A stretch of 64,000 nt of DNA from Spirochaetota bacterium. Its GTDB lineage: Bacteria; Spirochaetota; UBA4802; UBA5550. A model generated the notes under the pieces. The model was not told the origin of the DNA. It saw only the letters and a list, made by a program, of their open reading frames with translations, and searched no databases. The stretch is from NCBI GenBank assembly GCA_963664815.2, contig CAXXHB010000003.1, positions 1,408,001-1,472,000 on the forward strand, written 5' to 3'. Below are positions 1 through 12,276 of the stretch, in pieces. Made by a program: the position numbers and the translations under genes. How positions within the stretch are numbered: the stretch's first letter is position 1; each line of letters begins with the position of its first letter.

Positions 1-58
1 CGTATATAAAACTGAAACAAGTGCTCGATTTCTTTATGATGCACTTTCAACCTCTCTG

Positions 59-92
59 CTGGTAATTACTTAGAATTCTAAGTAATTACCAG
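59..92. repeat. Perfect 34-bp palindrome
   Basis: ctggtaattacttagaattctaagtaattaccag equals its own reverse complement; lies downstream of the minus-strand ORF 141-344, so it may act as a terminator. Confidence 0.9.
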
Positions 93-140
93 TAATTTAG
101 CAGATTAATTATTGTCAATATATTATTTATTTTTTTAAGA

Positions 141-344
141 TTATCTTGCCCGGCAGTCTCTTTTGCACCCTTTCTTATTCTGTTTTTCACATTCCTGTTT
201 ATATTTTTTATTAGGGCACCTGGTTTCAATGCAACGCTTCATGCATTCTCTGTCATTTGCTTCAAGGTTACCTGAAATACCTGAGGATACAACTACTGAG
301 AATATAAAGACTATTGCAAAAAATAAGAAAAAAATTCTATTCAT
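141..344 (-). CDS. Small secreted cysteine-rich protein (67 aa)
   Basis: Hydrophobic signal-peptide-like N-terminus, then 6 Cys as Cx3Cx4Cx8Cx7Cx3C; G-rich (ggggg) RBS-like run upstream. Confidence 0.6.
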   Translation of the reverse strand: MNRIFFLFFAIVFIFSVVVSSGISGNLEANDRECMKRCIETRCPNKKYKQECEKQNKKGCKRDCRAR

Positions 345-654
345 GATTTTCCCCCGGCTTTTTTATTTATTTTTGATAGCCTGCAATATTTATATAATAT
401 TTACAGGTCAATGTCAATAATCAGTAATAAATATTTTTATTGTCAACCCGGATCGGAGTCTGTTTCTGTTAACTGGTTTAAATTTCAAGGTTTATATTTA
501 ACTTTTAAGTTTACCTGTATCTGTTTGTTAAAATATAAAGAATTAATTTACAGATGTTGATTAATAAACGGAGATAAATTTTTTTACAGGCTTGACATAG
601 GCTCTCAATGGTATTTGTTTAATTAAATTTAAAAAATTTTAGGAGCTAAAAACT

Positions 655-1050
655 ATGAATGAAGTATTTGAATACCTGAAAAAATGCGGTGCTTTTTTCC
701 TGGCGACAATTGACGGAGATCAGGCCAGGGTAAGGCCATTCGGCGCAATAAATATTTTTGAGGGTAAAATTTATATCCAGACCGGTAATATAAAAAAGGT
801 ATTCAGTCAGATGAAAAAGAATCCCAGGGTTGAAATCTGCGGCATGGCTGACAAGGGCAGCTGGATTCGTATAGAGGCAACCGCAATTCAGGATGACAGA
901 ATTGAGGCCAGGCAGAATATGCTCGATTCATTCCCGATGCTGAAATCCATGTATGCAGCAGATGATGGCAACTGTGAAGTCCTCTATCTTAAAGATGCAA
1001 CTGCAACATTTTCATCTTTTACAACAGAGCCCAGGATTGTCCGGTTTTGA
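655..1050 (+). CDS. Pyridoxamine 5'-phosphate oxidase-like FMN-binding protein (NimC/NimA-like)
   Basis: FFLATIDGDQARVRPF and KKVFSQMKKNPRVEIC motifs; aggag RBS. Confidence 0.85.
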   Translation: MNEVFEYLKKCGAFFLATIDGDQARVRPFGAINIFEGKIYIQTGNIKKVFSQMKKNPRVEICGMADKGSWIRIEATAIQDDRIEARQNMLDSFPMLKSMYAADDGNCEVLYLKDATATFSSFTTEPRIVRF

Positions 1051-1057
1051 TTGAATA

Positions 1058-1097
1058 ACGCCTCCATGCAGGATAAATATTTTCTGCGTGGAGGCGT
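1058..1097 (+). terminator. Stem-loop downstream of 655-1050
   Basis: acgcctccatgcag...ctgcgtggaggcgt inverted repeat. Confidence 0.6.
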
Positions 1098-1262
1098 GCA
1101 AGACGTGGATGTATATATTTAAACTTAAGTATCCTTCAGATTTGCTGCCTGCCATTGAAAAACTTCCTGATCTGATAACTTTTATTATGTGTAATACTGA
1201 CTGGTGTTAAAGGTGAATAATCCTTAGCCATGGCATAAGTTAAAATTACATGGAGAAAAGAA

Positions 1263-1537
1263 ATGAATTTAATTAAATGTGAAATATGCAATAACGGATT
1301 TAGCGATGATCAGATAATTACCGGCCACGGGATACGTCATGAAGTTGAAAACCTGATAAAAATTGACTTTCCGGCCTGGAATGATAATAGTCATATATGT
1401 AAAAATGATTTTAATACATACCGTGTAAGGTATTTAACCAAGATGATTGAGGATGAAAAATGAAGATTGGAGAGAAAATTTCAGACAGGGTTGCATCTTT
1501 CGGGGGCAGCTGGACTTTTATCATATCATTTCTTTAA
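1263..1537 (+). pseudogene. DUF1003-family membrane protein remnant
   Basis: 66-aa N-terminus (CEIC...ICKNDFNTYRVRYL) stops at 1463; a shifted frame then reads KIGEKISDRVASFGGSWTFIISFL*, the DUF1003 signature; the middle and C-terminus are missing. Confidence 0.75.
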
Positions 1538-1717
1538 TGTAATCACTTCTTAGCTGCATTACCAATGTATTTAAGAATATTTCTTTATGTTTCTTCTTTA
1601 TTCGAATATCTACACATGTTTTTCTCTTACAATTGTAAATCAGGTTATCAGAAAGCTTGAAATAGTATTATTTTTATAGTAGTATTAGATATACTAAAAA
1701 ACCGAGGGAGAAATTGA

Positions 1718-3934
<2,217 letters not shown>

Positions 3935-4066
3935 TGATGAGAAGACTAAAGCTGCAATGGATGAGGCAGCAAGGCAGGGTGCAGCTCTAAGTAAATATAA
4001 AATCTCTGCCTTTGTTAAAATTCCTTCACCACCCAGGGATTCACCGGTTCTTTTTATAATATGTTG

Positions 4067-4825
4067 TTATTCTTTGATTTTTGCAATTATTTCACTGGCG
4101 CACTTTTCTCCTGAGAGCAGCATCCCGCCGAAGACCGGTCCCATCCGTGGAGATCCGAAGTAACCGCAGGCTGCCATTCCTGTAACATAAAGTCCTGGAT
4201 AGACCTCCCTGGTGTTTGCCACGGTCATCTTTTCACCGCTGTCACAGAACATCGGAGCCTCGCCAGCCGGGGATGCGATAATTCCGCGTTTAGAGAGGAG
4301 AGATACCACTGCCGACGGGTGCCCTGTCGAATCAACAACAAAGCGTGATTTTATCATAAGCGGATCAACATGGAGATTTGCCGTCTTAACCGGGGTCCAG
4401 TTTATTACTACGCCCTCCATACGGTTGTATTTTACAATGACATCCTCAATCTCGACTGTATTAAAAATGGAACATCCGGCATCAAGTGTTGCAGCTATAA
4501 GTTTTGCAGACATCTCAACAGCATCAACAGAGTAATAGCCTTCACGGAATTTTTTCAGGCGGAATGAAAAACTCTCAGCAATTTCTATACAGTCATCCTG
4601 CAGTACAATCTCGTTCATCATCATGCCGCCTCCCCATATACCTCCGCCGGGTGAGAGTTTTTTTTCATAGATGGCCGTTTTAATACCGGCTCGTGCAAGA
4701 TAACAACCGAGAACAAGTCCTGACGGCCCGCCACCTGCAATGACGACATCATTTTCAATATGGTTTGTAAATTTAGCGATGTAGCTTTCCACTATCGCCC
4801 GGGTGATAATTGTTTCCTGAAGCAT
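4067..4825 (-). CDS. thi4: Sulfide-dependent adenosine diphosphate thiazole synthase (His-type Thi4)
   Basis: GGGPSGL, GGGIWGGGMM, LHVDP (His rather than suicide Cys) and PRMGPVFGGMLLSG motifs; TPP riboswitch upstream. Confidence 0.95.
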   Translation of the reverse strand: MLQETIITRAIVESYIAKFTNHIENDVVIAGGGPSGLVLGCYLARAGIKTAIYEKKLSPGGGIWGGGMMMNEIVLQDDCIEIAESFSFRLKKFREGYYSVDAVEMSAKLIAATLDAGCSIFNTVEIEDVIVKYNRMEGVVINWTPVKTANLHVDPLMIKSRFVVDSTGHPSAVVSLLSKRGIIASPAGEAPMFCDSGEKMTVANTREVYPGLYVTGMAACGYFGSPRMGPVFGGMLLSGEKCASEIIAKIKE

Positions 4826-4853
4826 AGTACCTCCAAAGTTTTAATAATAATAT

Positions 4854-4883
4854 AAAAAGCCGTGTGGAGGTACACGGCTTTTT
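4854..4883 (-). terminator. Riboswitch expression-platform terminator
   Basis: aaaaagccgtgt-loop-acacggcttttt hairpin between the TPP aptamer and the thi4 start. Confidence 0.8.
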
Positions 4884-4924
4884 AATAATGACATATATGA
4901 ATAATAATATGACTTTATTTAAAA

Positions 4925-5007
4925 CCGTTTCCCTCCGCCGGTATTAACCGGATCAGGTAATCAGGGTATAATCTCAGCGCACGAATTAAACGCGGCACCC
5001 CTAACGG
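4925..5007 (-). ncRNA. TPP riboswitch
   Basis: Minus strand reads ccgttaGGGGTGcc...gCTGAGAttatACCC...ACCTGATCCGGTTAATACCGGCGGAGGGAaacgg, the canonical THI-box, upstream of thi4. Confidence 0.95.
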
Positions 5008-5259
5008 AAAATTTAAACTTTTAAAACTTTAAACGGCCAAACCTGTATTGTCAAATATTTTAATACGGAAATTTGATTATGCTGAATATTTTACATATAC
5101 CACAGCGAAGAATTTAAAAACATTCTGATAATATATATTAAGTATTATATTTTATGGATTAAAAATTCTTAAAAAAATATACTTTTTAAAAGTCTGTATA
5201 TGTATTTTAGCGGGGAGAGAAAGTCCTGATATTAAATTAGCTGATAATAATATGAAGTA

Positions 5260-5595
5260 TCATGATTTTACCAGTATATTAAATAATTTTACATCTGTCA
5301 GTGCTTCTAATCCGTAATTAATATCAGATTCCATAGCAATCATATCACCAGTGTTGACTATAACTTCATCACTTTCTTTATATAAGATTTTAGCGCTCCC
5401 TTCAATAATAATAAACAGAGTTTCCATATTGTAATACTCTTTATCAATACTTTCACCTTTTGCAAAAGAGAAAAAACGTATTTCTGTGTTGTCATTGGCA
5501 ATTAAAGCTTTGCTTGCAATTTTATTCCCTGTATGACTTATCATATCTGTCATGGAAATGACTTCAAAAGGTTTTATGTTTCTCAGATATTTCAT
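5260..5595 (-). CDS. Cupin domain protein
   Basis: FFSFAKGESI...IIEGSAKI cupin strands; metal-binding His residues absent. Confidence 0.75.
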   Translation of the reverse strand: MKYLRNIKPFEVISMTDMISHTGNKIASKALIANDNTEIRFFSFAKGESIDKEYYNMETLFIIIEGSAKILYKESDEVIVNTGDMIAMESDINYGLEALTDVKLFNILVKS

Positions 5596-5598
5596 TTT

Positions 5599-5937
5599 CT
5601 ATTCCTCTTTAACTACAACCAGAAGCATTTTCATATCTTCCATTGCTGTGACCTGGTGAGGGATATTGGCCGGCATAACCACTATCTGCCCTTTAACGGC
5701 TTCTAACATGTGATCCCCTATTTTTACTTTGGCCACACCCTGATGTATATATATCAATGCATCCCCCTTTGCAGTATGAGGCCCCACACCTTCACCTTTT
5801 CCGAAAGCCATTGCTGTTATCCCCACGCCGTTTTTTTGTGCCATGGTTACAGTTTCAATCTGTCCGTCCCTGCAGCTTACCAGACTGTCAAAATCCAGAC
5901 TTCGGGCTTTTTCAACGTTTTTTATCAATTCCTGCAT
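5599..5937 (-). CDS. Cupin domain protein
   Basis: [17 protein letters not shown] and [11 protein letters not shown] motifs; start reassigned to ATG 5937 (MQELIK) after aaggag RBS. Confidence 0.85.
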   Translation of the reverse strand: MQELIKNVEKARSLDFDSLVSCRDGQIETVTMAQKNGVGITAMAFGKGEGVGPHTAKGDALIYIHQGVAKVKIGDHMLEAVKGQIVVMPANIPHQVTAMEDMKMLLVVVKEE

Positions 5938-6015
5938 TTTAATGATCTCCTTAGGGTTAATAAGTTTTACTTTATTTCTGTATTTCTTCAGTATCACAGA
6001 AAAAAAAGAATTTAA

Positions 6016-6029
6016 ATGACTTAAGTCAA
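6016..6029. promoter_or_regulatory. Putative Crp/Fnr-family box
   Basis: ATGAC-ttaa-GTCAA resembles TTGAY-N4-RTCAA; about 80 bp upstream of the cupin pair. Confidence 0.4.
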
Positions 6030-6335
6030 TTTTTTTCAGTTCAAGTTTTATATTTATTTTTTTGTCAATAGTTCTGCTGAGCAGTTCAGCGTTATATTAC
6101 AGCTGGTATCTTATTTTATCATTGACATAATACTGTTTTAAAGAAAGCCTGCTTGAACTTTCTATAAAAAACTCAATAATAATTCTTTAACTTTTTATGT
6201 TTTTATAAAAGAAAATGCTCTATTTCCACCGCCGACAATGGAGGCTGTGAGAGATAATCTTTATATTACACTGAAATATCTGTTAAGGAACAATAATTGT
6301 AAAAAAACAAAAAGAAAAGGGGAGAGAGAGAAACA

Positions 6336-7025
6336 GTGAGAATCAATAAAATTATTCTATTTTTAATAGTATTGTCTTTAACCGGCATTCCGGGTGCAAC
6401 AGGAAATGCAAAGATAAAAAATCCGGTTAAGTCTGTAAAAGATCTTGTTGATAAAAAAAATCAAAAAGATTCCAAAGAGAAGCCAAAAGAAACTCCAAAA
6501 GAGACGCCTAAAGAGATTAAGTACGATTATGTAATGACTGATAAAAGCGACATTGAAGCTGATGTTATTAAGCTTTTACCTGCTAAAAGTGTGATTACAC
6601 ACAGGATTACTGAAGGAATATTTGGTCCTGCTGACGGGACAAAAGGTATGATAAAAATTGTTCCATACATAACAGGAAATAACGGCAAGGTACAGCTTAT
6701 GCTGCTTATTCCTGCAGAGATCCGGAAATATAATAAGATGATGCTTGGTGAGATCAGCTTCGGAGGAAACAGTGCATCAGAAGTATTGTCAGTTTTTTTT
6801 GACCAGGCAGATAAGGATAAGGAACGGGAGCTTTTTGTACTGTGCGCATACGTAAAAGGAAACCGCCCTTTTTTTGAAACAGCAGTGTATGACTGGAATA
6901 AAACCAGATTTGATCGTGTGCCGGGCCTTGAATCAAAAATAAAAAATTTAACTCCCGCAATAAATGTAAGAAGGGCTTTAAGGGCGATGGAGTCTCAATC
7001 CGGAACAGGTAAAGCAAAAAAATAA
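6336..7025 (+). CDS. Hypothetical exported protein
   Basis: Signal-peptide-like start, KETPKETPKE low-complexity linker, gggagag RBS. Confidence 0.75.
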   Translation: MRINKIILFLIVLSLTGIPGATGNAKIKNPVKSVKDLVDKKNQKDSKEKPKETPKETPKEIKYDYVMTDKSDIEADVIKLLPAKSVITHRITEGIFGPADGTKGMIKIVPYITGNNGKVQLMLLIPAEIRKYNKMMLGEISFGGNSASEVLSVFFDQADKDKERELFVLCAYVKGNRPFFETAVYDWNKTRFDRVPGLESKIKNLTPAINVRRALRAMESQSGTGKAKK

Positions 7026-7044
7026 AGATTCGGGTAATACCGTG

Positions 7045-7088
7045 ACATCAATACGGAACTCTCTTGTGAATCCATTCCGTATTGATGT
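7045..7088 (+). terminator. Stem-loop
   Basis: acatcaatacggaa / ttccgtattgatgt 14-bp inverted repeat just after the stop codon. Confidence 0.55.
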
Positions 7089-7218
7089 AAATATTCCTGC
7101 AGCCATAAGGCTGTCCTGAAAGTCTGTTTCACCAGTTTTAACTTCCTTCATGAAAAGAGAAATTTTATCTCATTCGGGAGAGCACCAGATTTAAATTATT
7201 CAGTATTGGAGATTATCC

Positions 7219-9969
7219 ATGAAACCTTCCATTTTTCGGCCCTGTTTAGTGTCCTTAAGTGTTCTGTTGTTTGCACTGCTTCTGGTCAGCGTTACACCTG
7301 TAAATGCTGCTGATGGAAAAAAATGGGATGGGAAGACATATCCGTTCAAACTTCTTGATCCATCGAAAGCAAACAGCGTGAGTAATCCCTTTATTATCGA
7401 TACCGCCGGCAAGCTTGCGTATTTTTCATGGCTGGCTTCCAGAGGGAATGATATGGATTTCGATATGGCTGCATACGGCAGAGAAAACGGACTCAAAGGT
7501 CTGCAGGCCGCATTTAAAGATAATTTTGTGAAGCTTACTGCGGATCTTGATATGAATGGTTCCAGGTTTGAATTAACCGCCATTATGGGTATGTCTGTAA
7601 ATTTTGACGGTGGCGGGCATGTGATTGATAACCTGTGCATCAGCGATAAAAAAACCAAAACGATTATCGACGCGACAGAGGGTACTGTTGAAATATATCT
7701 GGGGCTTTTCCAGGATGCTGAATCAATAAGAAATCTCGGTATCGGCAAAGGATCAACGATCACCTTCTATGGCGGATCCAGCTATACAAATTCAGTCTTT
7801 GCGGCCGGTGTTGCTGCAGGTGCTAACCTTGTAGATAACTGTTTCAGCGATGCCACAGTGAAGATAAACGGAGAGGGAGATGCCCTCGTTGCGGGGGTTG
7901 TGGCTCAATGTGCATATGTAACCAACTCATATAACCGCGGTTCCGTTATAATTATTGGCAAAGTTATAAATTCAAGGGCAAAAAACAAACAGGGAAGAAT
8001 AGAACCGGGTGAGTTGAGGGTTGGCGGGGTGTGTGCACGGTTTGACAAAAAAATCTCGGGCTGTTACAATACCGGCTCTATTACCGTTAAGTCTTCCGGT
8101 GCAGTTGTTGAAATCGGCGGAGTTTCCGCAAATCAGAACGGTGGTGTGTGTACGGATCTCTATAATTCAGGAAGTATACATCTGGCTGCAGATGGCCATA
8201 TCAAAAACGCCGGTATTGGCGGTGTGCTTGGTGTCGGAACTCCTGCTTTGGCGCTCCCATGGAAGCCGATCAAATACGTTGATTCGGGATATATATATAA
8301 TAAAGGGAATATCGATGTTACGGTACAGAGCGGCGGTCAGATATTTGCGGGCGGAATATGCGGTTCTAATAAACCGGGATTCAACGGTATATGGCTGGGG
8401 TTCGCGGGCGGAATCAGCGGATGTATCAATACATATAATACAGGCTCAATATCTGTTGCTTCAAAAGAAAAGGTTGATGCTCTTGGCGCGGGTGGAATAG
8501 CCGGTTATGGAACCATGGTAATTAACAGCTACAATACCGGCAGCATTAAAGGAATCTCCGGAGCCGGAACAACACTGTACATCGGCGGCCTTGGAGGCAG
8601 TGCTGTGTATGTTCAGAACTGCTACAATATCGGCGCGGTGAGCGGAAAAGGTCCCGGTGATAATTTTACCGGGGGAATTGTGGGAAATGCCGTTGCAACA
8701 TGGGGGGAAACAGATAAAACACTGATAACCGCACTGAACGGCTTCTGGCTTAAACAGGCCAAAGAGGGTGGTGTCAACAGCGATATTAAATATGGCAAGG
8801 GTTCCTATTATTACATGACATTGAGCGATCTGAAGAAAAAGACCGGGGAAACTGAATTCCGCAAGCTTCTTGATGCTGTTGACAGGGAGAAGGAAGACCC
8901 TGACACCATGCATGAAGCTTCATACGGAGCAGTCTATTCATTCGAGAGCCCATCCTCATCCGTTATGACCAGAACAGATGACGGGCCGGGGAAAAGGGGG
9001 AATCTTAACGGCACGCTGCTTAACAATCTTAATAATATGGTAGAGGACAAAATAAACCGTTTATACCGCAGATGGGTTATTGACGGATCAAACGGCGGAT
9101 ATCCGGTGTTATCGTCCAAACCGACTATTTACAGCAGCACTCCTGAAAAGCCCGATGCCTCTGTCGCCAAACAGATCGCCGGAGGGTACCTGGGGGAGAA
9201 TAAGCAATGGACAGACAATATCACGCTGAACGCTGACGGCACTTTTAAACGGGCCAACGGCGGCGATGGCGGGAACTGGCTGTTCAACGGGAAGAGGCTG
9301 ATACTCCTGTGGTCAAAGTGGGAGCCTGAGATTCTTGAACAGAAATCCGAGGGGGTATTCTCTTCGAATGTTTACGATTTCAAACTGACACGCTCCGGCT
9401 CTTCGAAACTGGAAGATAAACCGGATGCAGCAACAGCAGGTAAGCTTGCGGGAGTATATTCTGCCGAGCACAGGTACTGGACCGATAATATTATAATCAA
9501 CGGCGACGGCACATTCAAAAAAGCCTCAGACGGCGATAACGGTACATGGTCTTTTGACGGGAAGAAGCTGATGCTCAAGTGGTCAAAGTGGGCACCGGAA
9601 ATTCTTGAGCTGAAGTCTGATGGTTCATTCTCCTGTAAGATCTACAGGTTTAAGCTGACGCGCTCCGCCGCATCCAGGCCTGATAATTCCGCAAAAGATA
9701 CTCTTACCCCGGCCGAAAAACCGGATGCAAAGATAGCAAAACTGGTAGCAGGAGTGTATTATGCCCAGCACAGGGACTGGACCAGCACTGTCACAATTAA
9801 TGCTGACGGCACCTTCAGGCGTGACAGCAACGGAGATGGAGGTACATGGACAAGCTCTGATGGGAGGACACTTGTTCTCAAATGGTACAAGTCGGCACCA
9901 GAGACCCTGCAGAAATCGGCGACCGGGTTCTATTGTCCTGCATATAAGTTCACTCTCAGGCAACGCTGA
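7219..9969 (+). CDS. Large secreted protein with GLUG-like beta-helix repeats and three C-terminal ~85-aa repeats
   Basis: Signal peptide; FDGGGHVIDNL and many YNxGxI...GGIxG repeats; 3x KPDA..AG.Y......WT..I.IN.DGTF.....D.G.W. Confidence 0.85.
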   Translation: MKPSIFRPCLVSLSVLLFALLLVSVTPVNAADGKKWDGKTYPFKLLDPSKANSVSNPFIIDTAGKLAYFSWLASRGNDMDFDMAAYGRENGLKGLQAAFKDNFVKLTADLDMNGSRFELTAIMGMSVNFDGGGHVIDNLCISDKKTKTIIDATEGTVEIYLGLFQDAESIRNLGIGKGSTITFYGGSSYTNSVFAAGVAAGANLVDNCFSDATVKINGEGDALVAGVVAQCAYVTNSYNRGSVIIIGKVINSRAKNKQGRIEPGELRVGGVCARFDKKISGCYNTGSITVKSSGAVVEIGGVSANQNGGVCTDLYNSGSIHLAADGHIKNAGIGGVLGVGTPALALPWKPIKYVDSGYIYNKGNIDVTVQSGGQIFAGGICGSNKPGFNGIWLGFAGGISGCINTYNTGSISVASKEKVDALGAGGIAGYGTMVINSYNTGSIKGISGAGTTLYIGGLGGSAVYVQNCYNIGAVSGKGPGDNFTGGIVGNAVATWGETDKTLITALNGFWLKQAKEGGVNSDIKYGKGSYYYMTLSDLKKKTGETEFRKLLDAVDREKEDPDTMHEASYGAVYSFESPSSSVMTRTDDGPGKRGNLNGTLLNNLNNMVEDKINRLYRRWVIDGSNGGYPVLSSKPTIYSSTPEKPDASVAKQIAGGYLGENKQWTDNITLNADGTFKRANGGDGGNWLFNGKRLILLWSKWEPEILEQKSEGVFSSNVYDFKLTRSGSSKLEDKPDAATAGKLAGVYSAEHRYWTDNIIINGDGTFKKASDGDNGTWSFDGKKLMLKWSKWAPEILELKSDGSFSCKIYRFKLTRSAASRPDNSAKDTLTPAEKPDAKIAKLVAGVYYAQHRDWTSTVTINADGTFRRDSNGDGGTWTSSDGRTLVLKWYKSAPETLQKSATGFYCPAYKFTLRQR
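9148..9966 (+). repeat. Three tandem intragenic domain repeats
   Basis: Units start near 9148, 9418 and 9718 (KPDA), with DNA-level similarity such as gacggcac(t/a/c)tt and tggtcaaagtggg. Confidence 0.85.
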
Positions 9970-10122
9970 CCGGGTTATTGAACTATACAGATAAATTTAA
10001 AACCGGGGAAAGTTATGAAGAAATATTTTGTTGCTGCAATACTGCTGCTTTGCACTACACAGTTTCTGTTCTGACTAAAAGAAAGGAAAAAAGTGAGCAA
10101 ACAGGTTTTCCATCCAGGTATA

Positions 10123-11310
10123 TTAAAAATATCTGGCAAGCAGTTCACCGGCCCTTGCATTTCCCAGTCCGGAGGCCTTTATCAAATCCTTTTCCGCCTC
10201 CTTAAGTCTGTTTAATGAAAAATGAAGAACTCCTCTTCTTAAATAACCGTCGGGGTATGATGGGGCTGATTTTATTGCCGAGGTGAAATCCTCGAGGGCC
10301 TTATCAAAAAGTTCCATCTTTACATAAGTTTCACCCCTGTACAAAAGGCACTCGGAGTCTTCCGGATTTTTCAGTATTACCCTGGTAAAATCTTCACATG
10401 CCGCCGGGTAATTCCCCGATTCATAAAGTGCATTAGCCCTGTTGAAAAATATGCAGGTATCTTCAGGATCGAGTTTTAAAGCTTCGTTGTATATTGCAAT
10501 TGCCCTGCTGAATTCATGTTTTTCGTAAAGAGTGATTCCTCTGTCAATTAACTCAGCGATCTTTTTTTTATTTCCGGAGATGTCCGGAGAGACTGCACCA
10601 TGTGCTGTCAGCATATCATGCATTTTCTGTTTATCAGCTTTATTGTCCGGAAGGATATAGTGTGTCAGTATAAAGAGGGGAGTTTCGCCGCCTCTGTTTT
10701 TTATATTCGGGTCTGCCCCGTTTTTAAGCAGTGTTTCCATAACATCTGATCTGAGAAAAAAAACCGTGAGGTGAAGCGGTGTCATACCGTCAGCATTGAC
10801 AGCGTTTTTATCCGCTCTGTGTTTAAGTAAAGATTCTGTCATTTCTTTATTGCCCCAATAGGCAGCCTTGTGAAGCGGAGTTTCATTTTCGTTGTCTGTT
10901 ATATCAACACTGGTGTAATGCCTGATAAGGTATTCCCCCGTTTCCAGATCTTTAAAATATGCTGCGAAGTGGAGAGGTGTCTCGTTTTTCTCTGTTACAG
11001 CAAGCGGTTCTGCGTGATTTTCTATAAGAAACCTGATCATGCTTAATGTGTCTCCCCGGGATAAACAGGCCGAATGCAGAGGGGTCATCTCTTTTATTCC
11101 TCTGCAGTTGACATCAGCATTACAGCTTAAGAGTTTCTTCGCGGCATCCATGTAATTATTGGCTGCAGAAATATGGAGCAGAGAGTTGTGGCCGTTTACA
11201 GGTGCATTGATATTTTTACCGTTTTTAATTATTTTATCAGCTTTTTCTGTTATCTCCTTTTCCGTGAATGTTTTTCCTGAGTTGAACAGTCTTTTAAATA
11301 GTTCCATCAT
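10123..11310 (-). CDS. Ankyrin-repeat plus TPR-repeat protein
   Basis: Repeated TPLHxAA motifs, then TPR units (FFNRANALY, YRGETY); ggaggt RBS supports a start at 11310. Confidence 0.9.
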   Translation of the reverse strand: MMELFKRLFNSGKTFTEKEITEKADKIIKNGKNINAPVNGHNSLLHISAANNYMDAAKKLLSCNADVNCRGIKEMTPLHSACLSRGDTLSMIRFLIENHAEPLAVTEKNETPLHFAAYFKDLETGEYLIRHYTSVDITDNENETPLHKAAYWGNKEMTESLLKHRADKNAVNADGMTPLHLTVFFLRSDVMETLLKNGADPNIKNRGGETPLFILTHYILPDNKADKQKMHDMLTAHGAVSPDISGNKKKIAELIDRGITLYEKHEFSRAIAIYNEALKLDPEDTCIFFNRANALYESGNYPAACEDFTRVILKNPEDSECLLYRGETYVKMELFDKALEDFTSAIKSAPSYPDGYLRRGVLHFSLNRLKEAEKDLIKASGLGNARAGELLARYF

Positions 11311-11617
11311 AATGGATACCTCCGATTGTTCCAATATCTATATACCAGGCAGTTCTTTTATATCTGTTGCATAATATAGATTTAAAAGTAAAAAACAATT
11401 ATTTTTAATATTTTATAATTTTTTGCATGATCTTTCTGAATTAAATAGTATATGCCGCTTCGGATCATGGAATGGGATGAAATAAAACTGTGATTGACCT
11501 GGCTAAAAAACGAATTTTAAAATATTATATTAAAAATGACCTTGACTTTTAAATTTTATATGTCGTAATAGGTATATATCAGTTATTATGCCATGTGCAT
11601 TACGGAGAAAAGATAAA

Positions 11618-11887
11618 ATGAATATTTATGTAGGTAACCTGTCGTATAAAATGACAGATGAAGATTTGGGGAGTTTATTTAATTCATACGGTACAGTATC
11701 TCAAAGCAAAATTGTTATCGACAGGGAGACTGGACGTTCCAAGGGCTTCGGATTTGTTGAGATGCCCAATCAGTCTGAAGGTGATGAAGCAATCAGGCAG
11801 CTGGATGGGAAAGAGGTTGACGGCAGAAACATTAAAGTTAACGTTGCAAAACCTAAAGAGGATAAACCACGCAGAAATCAAAGATAA
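11618..11887 (+). CDS. RRM RNA-binding protein
   Basis: RNP2 IYVGNL and RNP1 KGFGFVEM; start at ATG 11618. Confidence 0.95.
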   Translation: MNIYVGNLSYKMTDEDLGSLFNSYGTVSQSKIVIDRETGRSKGFGFVEMPNQSEGDEAIRQLDGKEVDGRNIKVNVAKPKEDKPRRNQR

Positions 11888-11984
11888 TAAACAGAAATCC
11901 TGCTATGATTACTTTCGTTCATGTATGTAGGATGTTCATCTGGACGAAAGTAAAGATTTGAAATGACATTTTAAGGATGAAAAA

Positions 11985-12176
11985 TTGGCCAGAAATAACT
12001 ATCAATATGAAAAGCGGCAGAGAGACATAGCAAAGAAAAAAAAGCAGGATGAAAAACGTCAGAAGAAGCTCAATAAAACATTGAATCCTGAAGACGATAA
12101 TTCAGATACTGACAATGATTTAAATGAGAATGATTTAACAGAAGATTCTGATAATGAAGATGAAAAAAAGGAATAA
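11985..12176 (+). CDS. Small charged hypothetical protein
   Basis: TTG start with aagga RBS; basic N-half (YEKRQRDIAKKKKQDEKRQKK) and acidic tail. Confidence 0.7.
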   Translation: MARNNYQYEKRQRDIAKKKKQDEKRQKKLNKTLNPEDDNSDTDNDLNENDLTEDSDNEDEKKE

Positions 12177-12276
12177 GTTGTAATATTATTCACCCCGGAA
12201 AATCCCTTTTGCAGTATCAATACTTTTGTGATTGTTTGTGAAATTATTAAACAAAATATTTATTATGGCTTATTAG

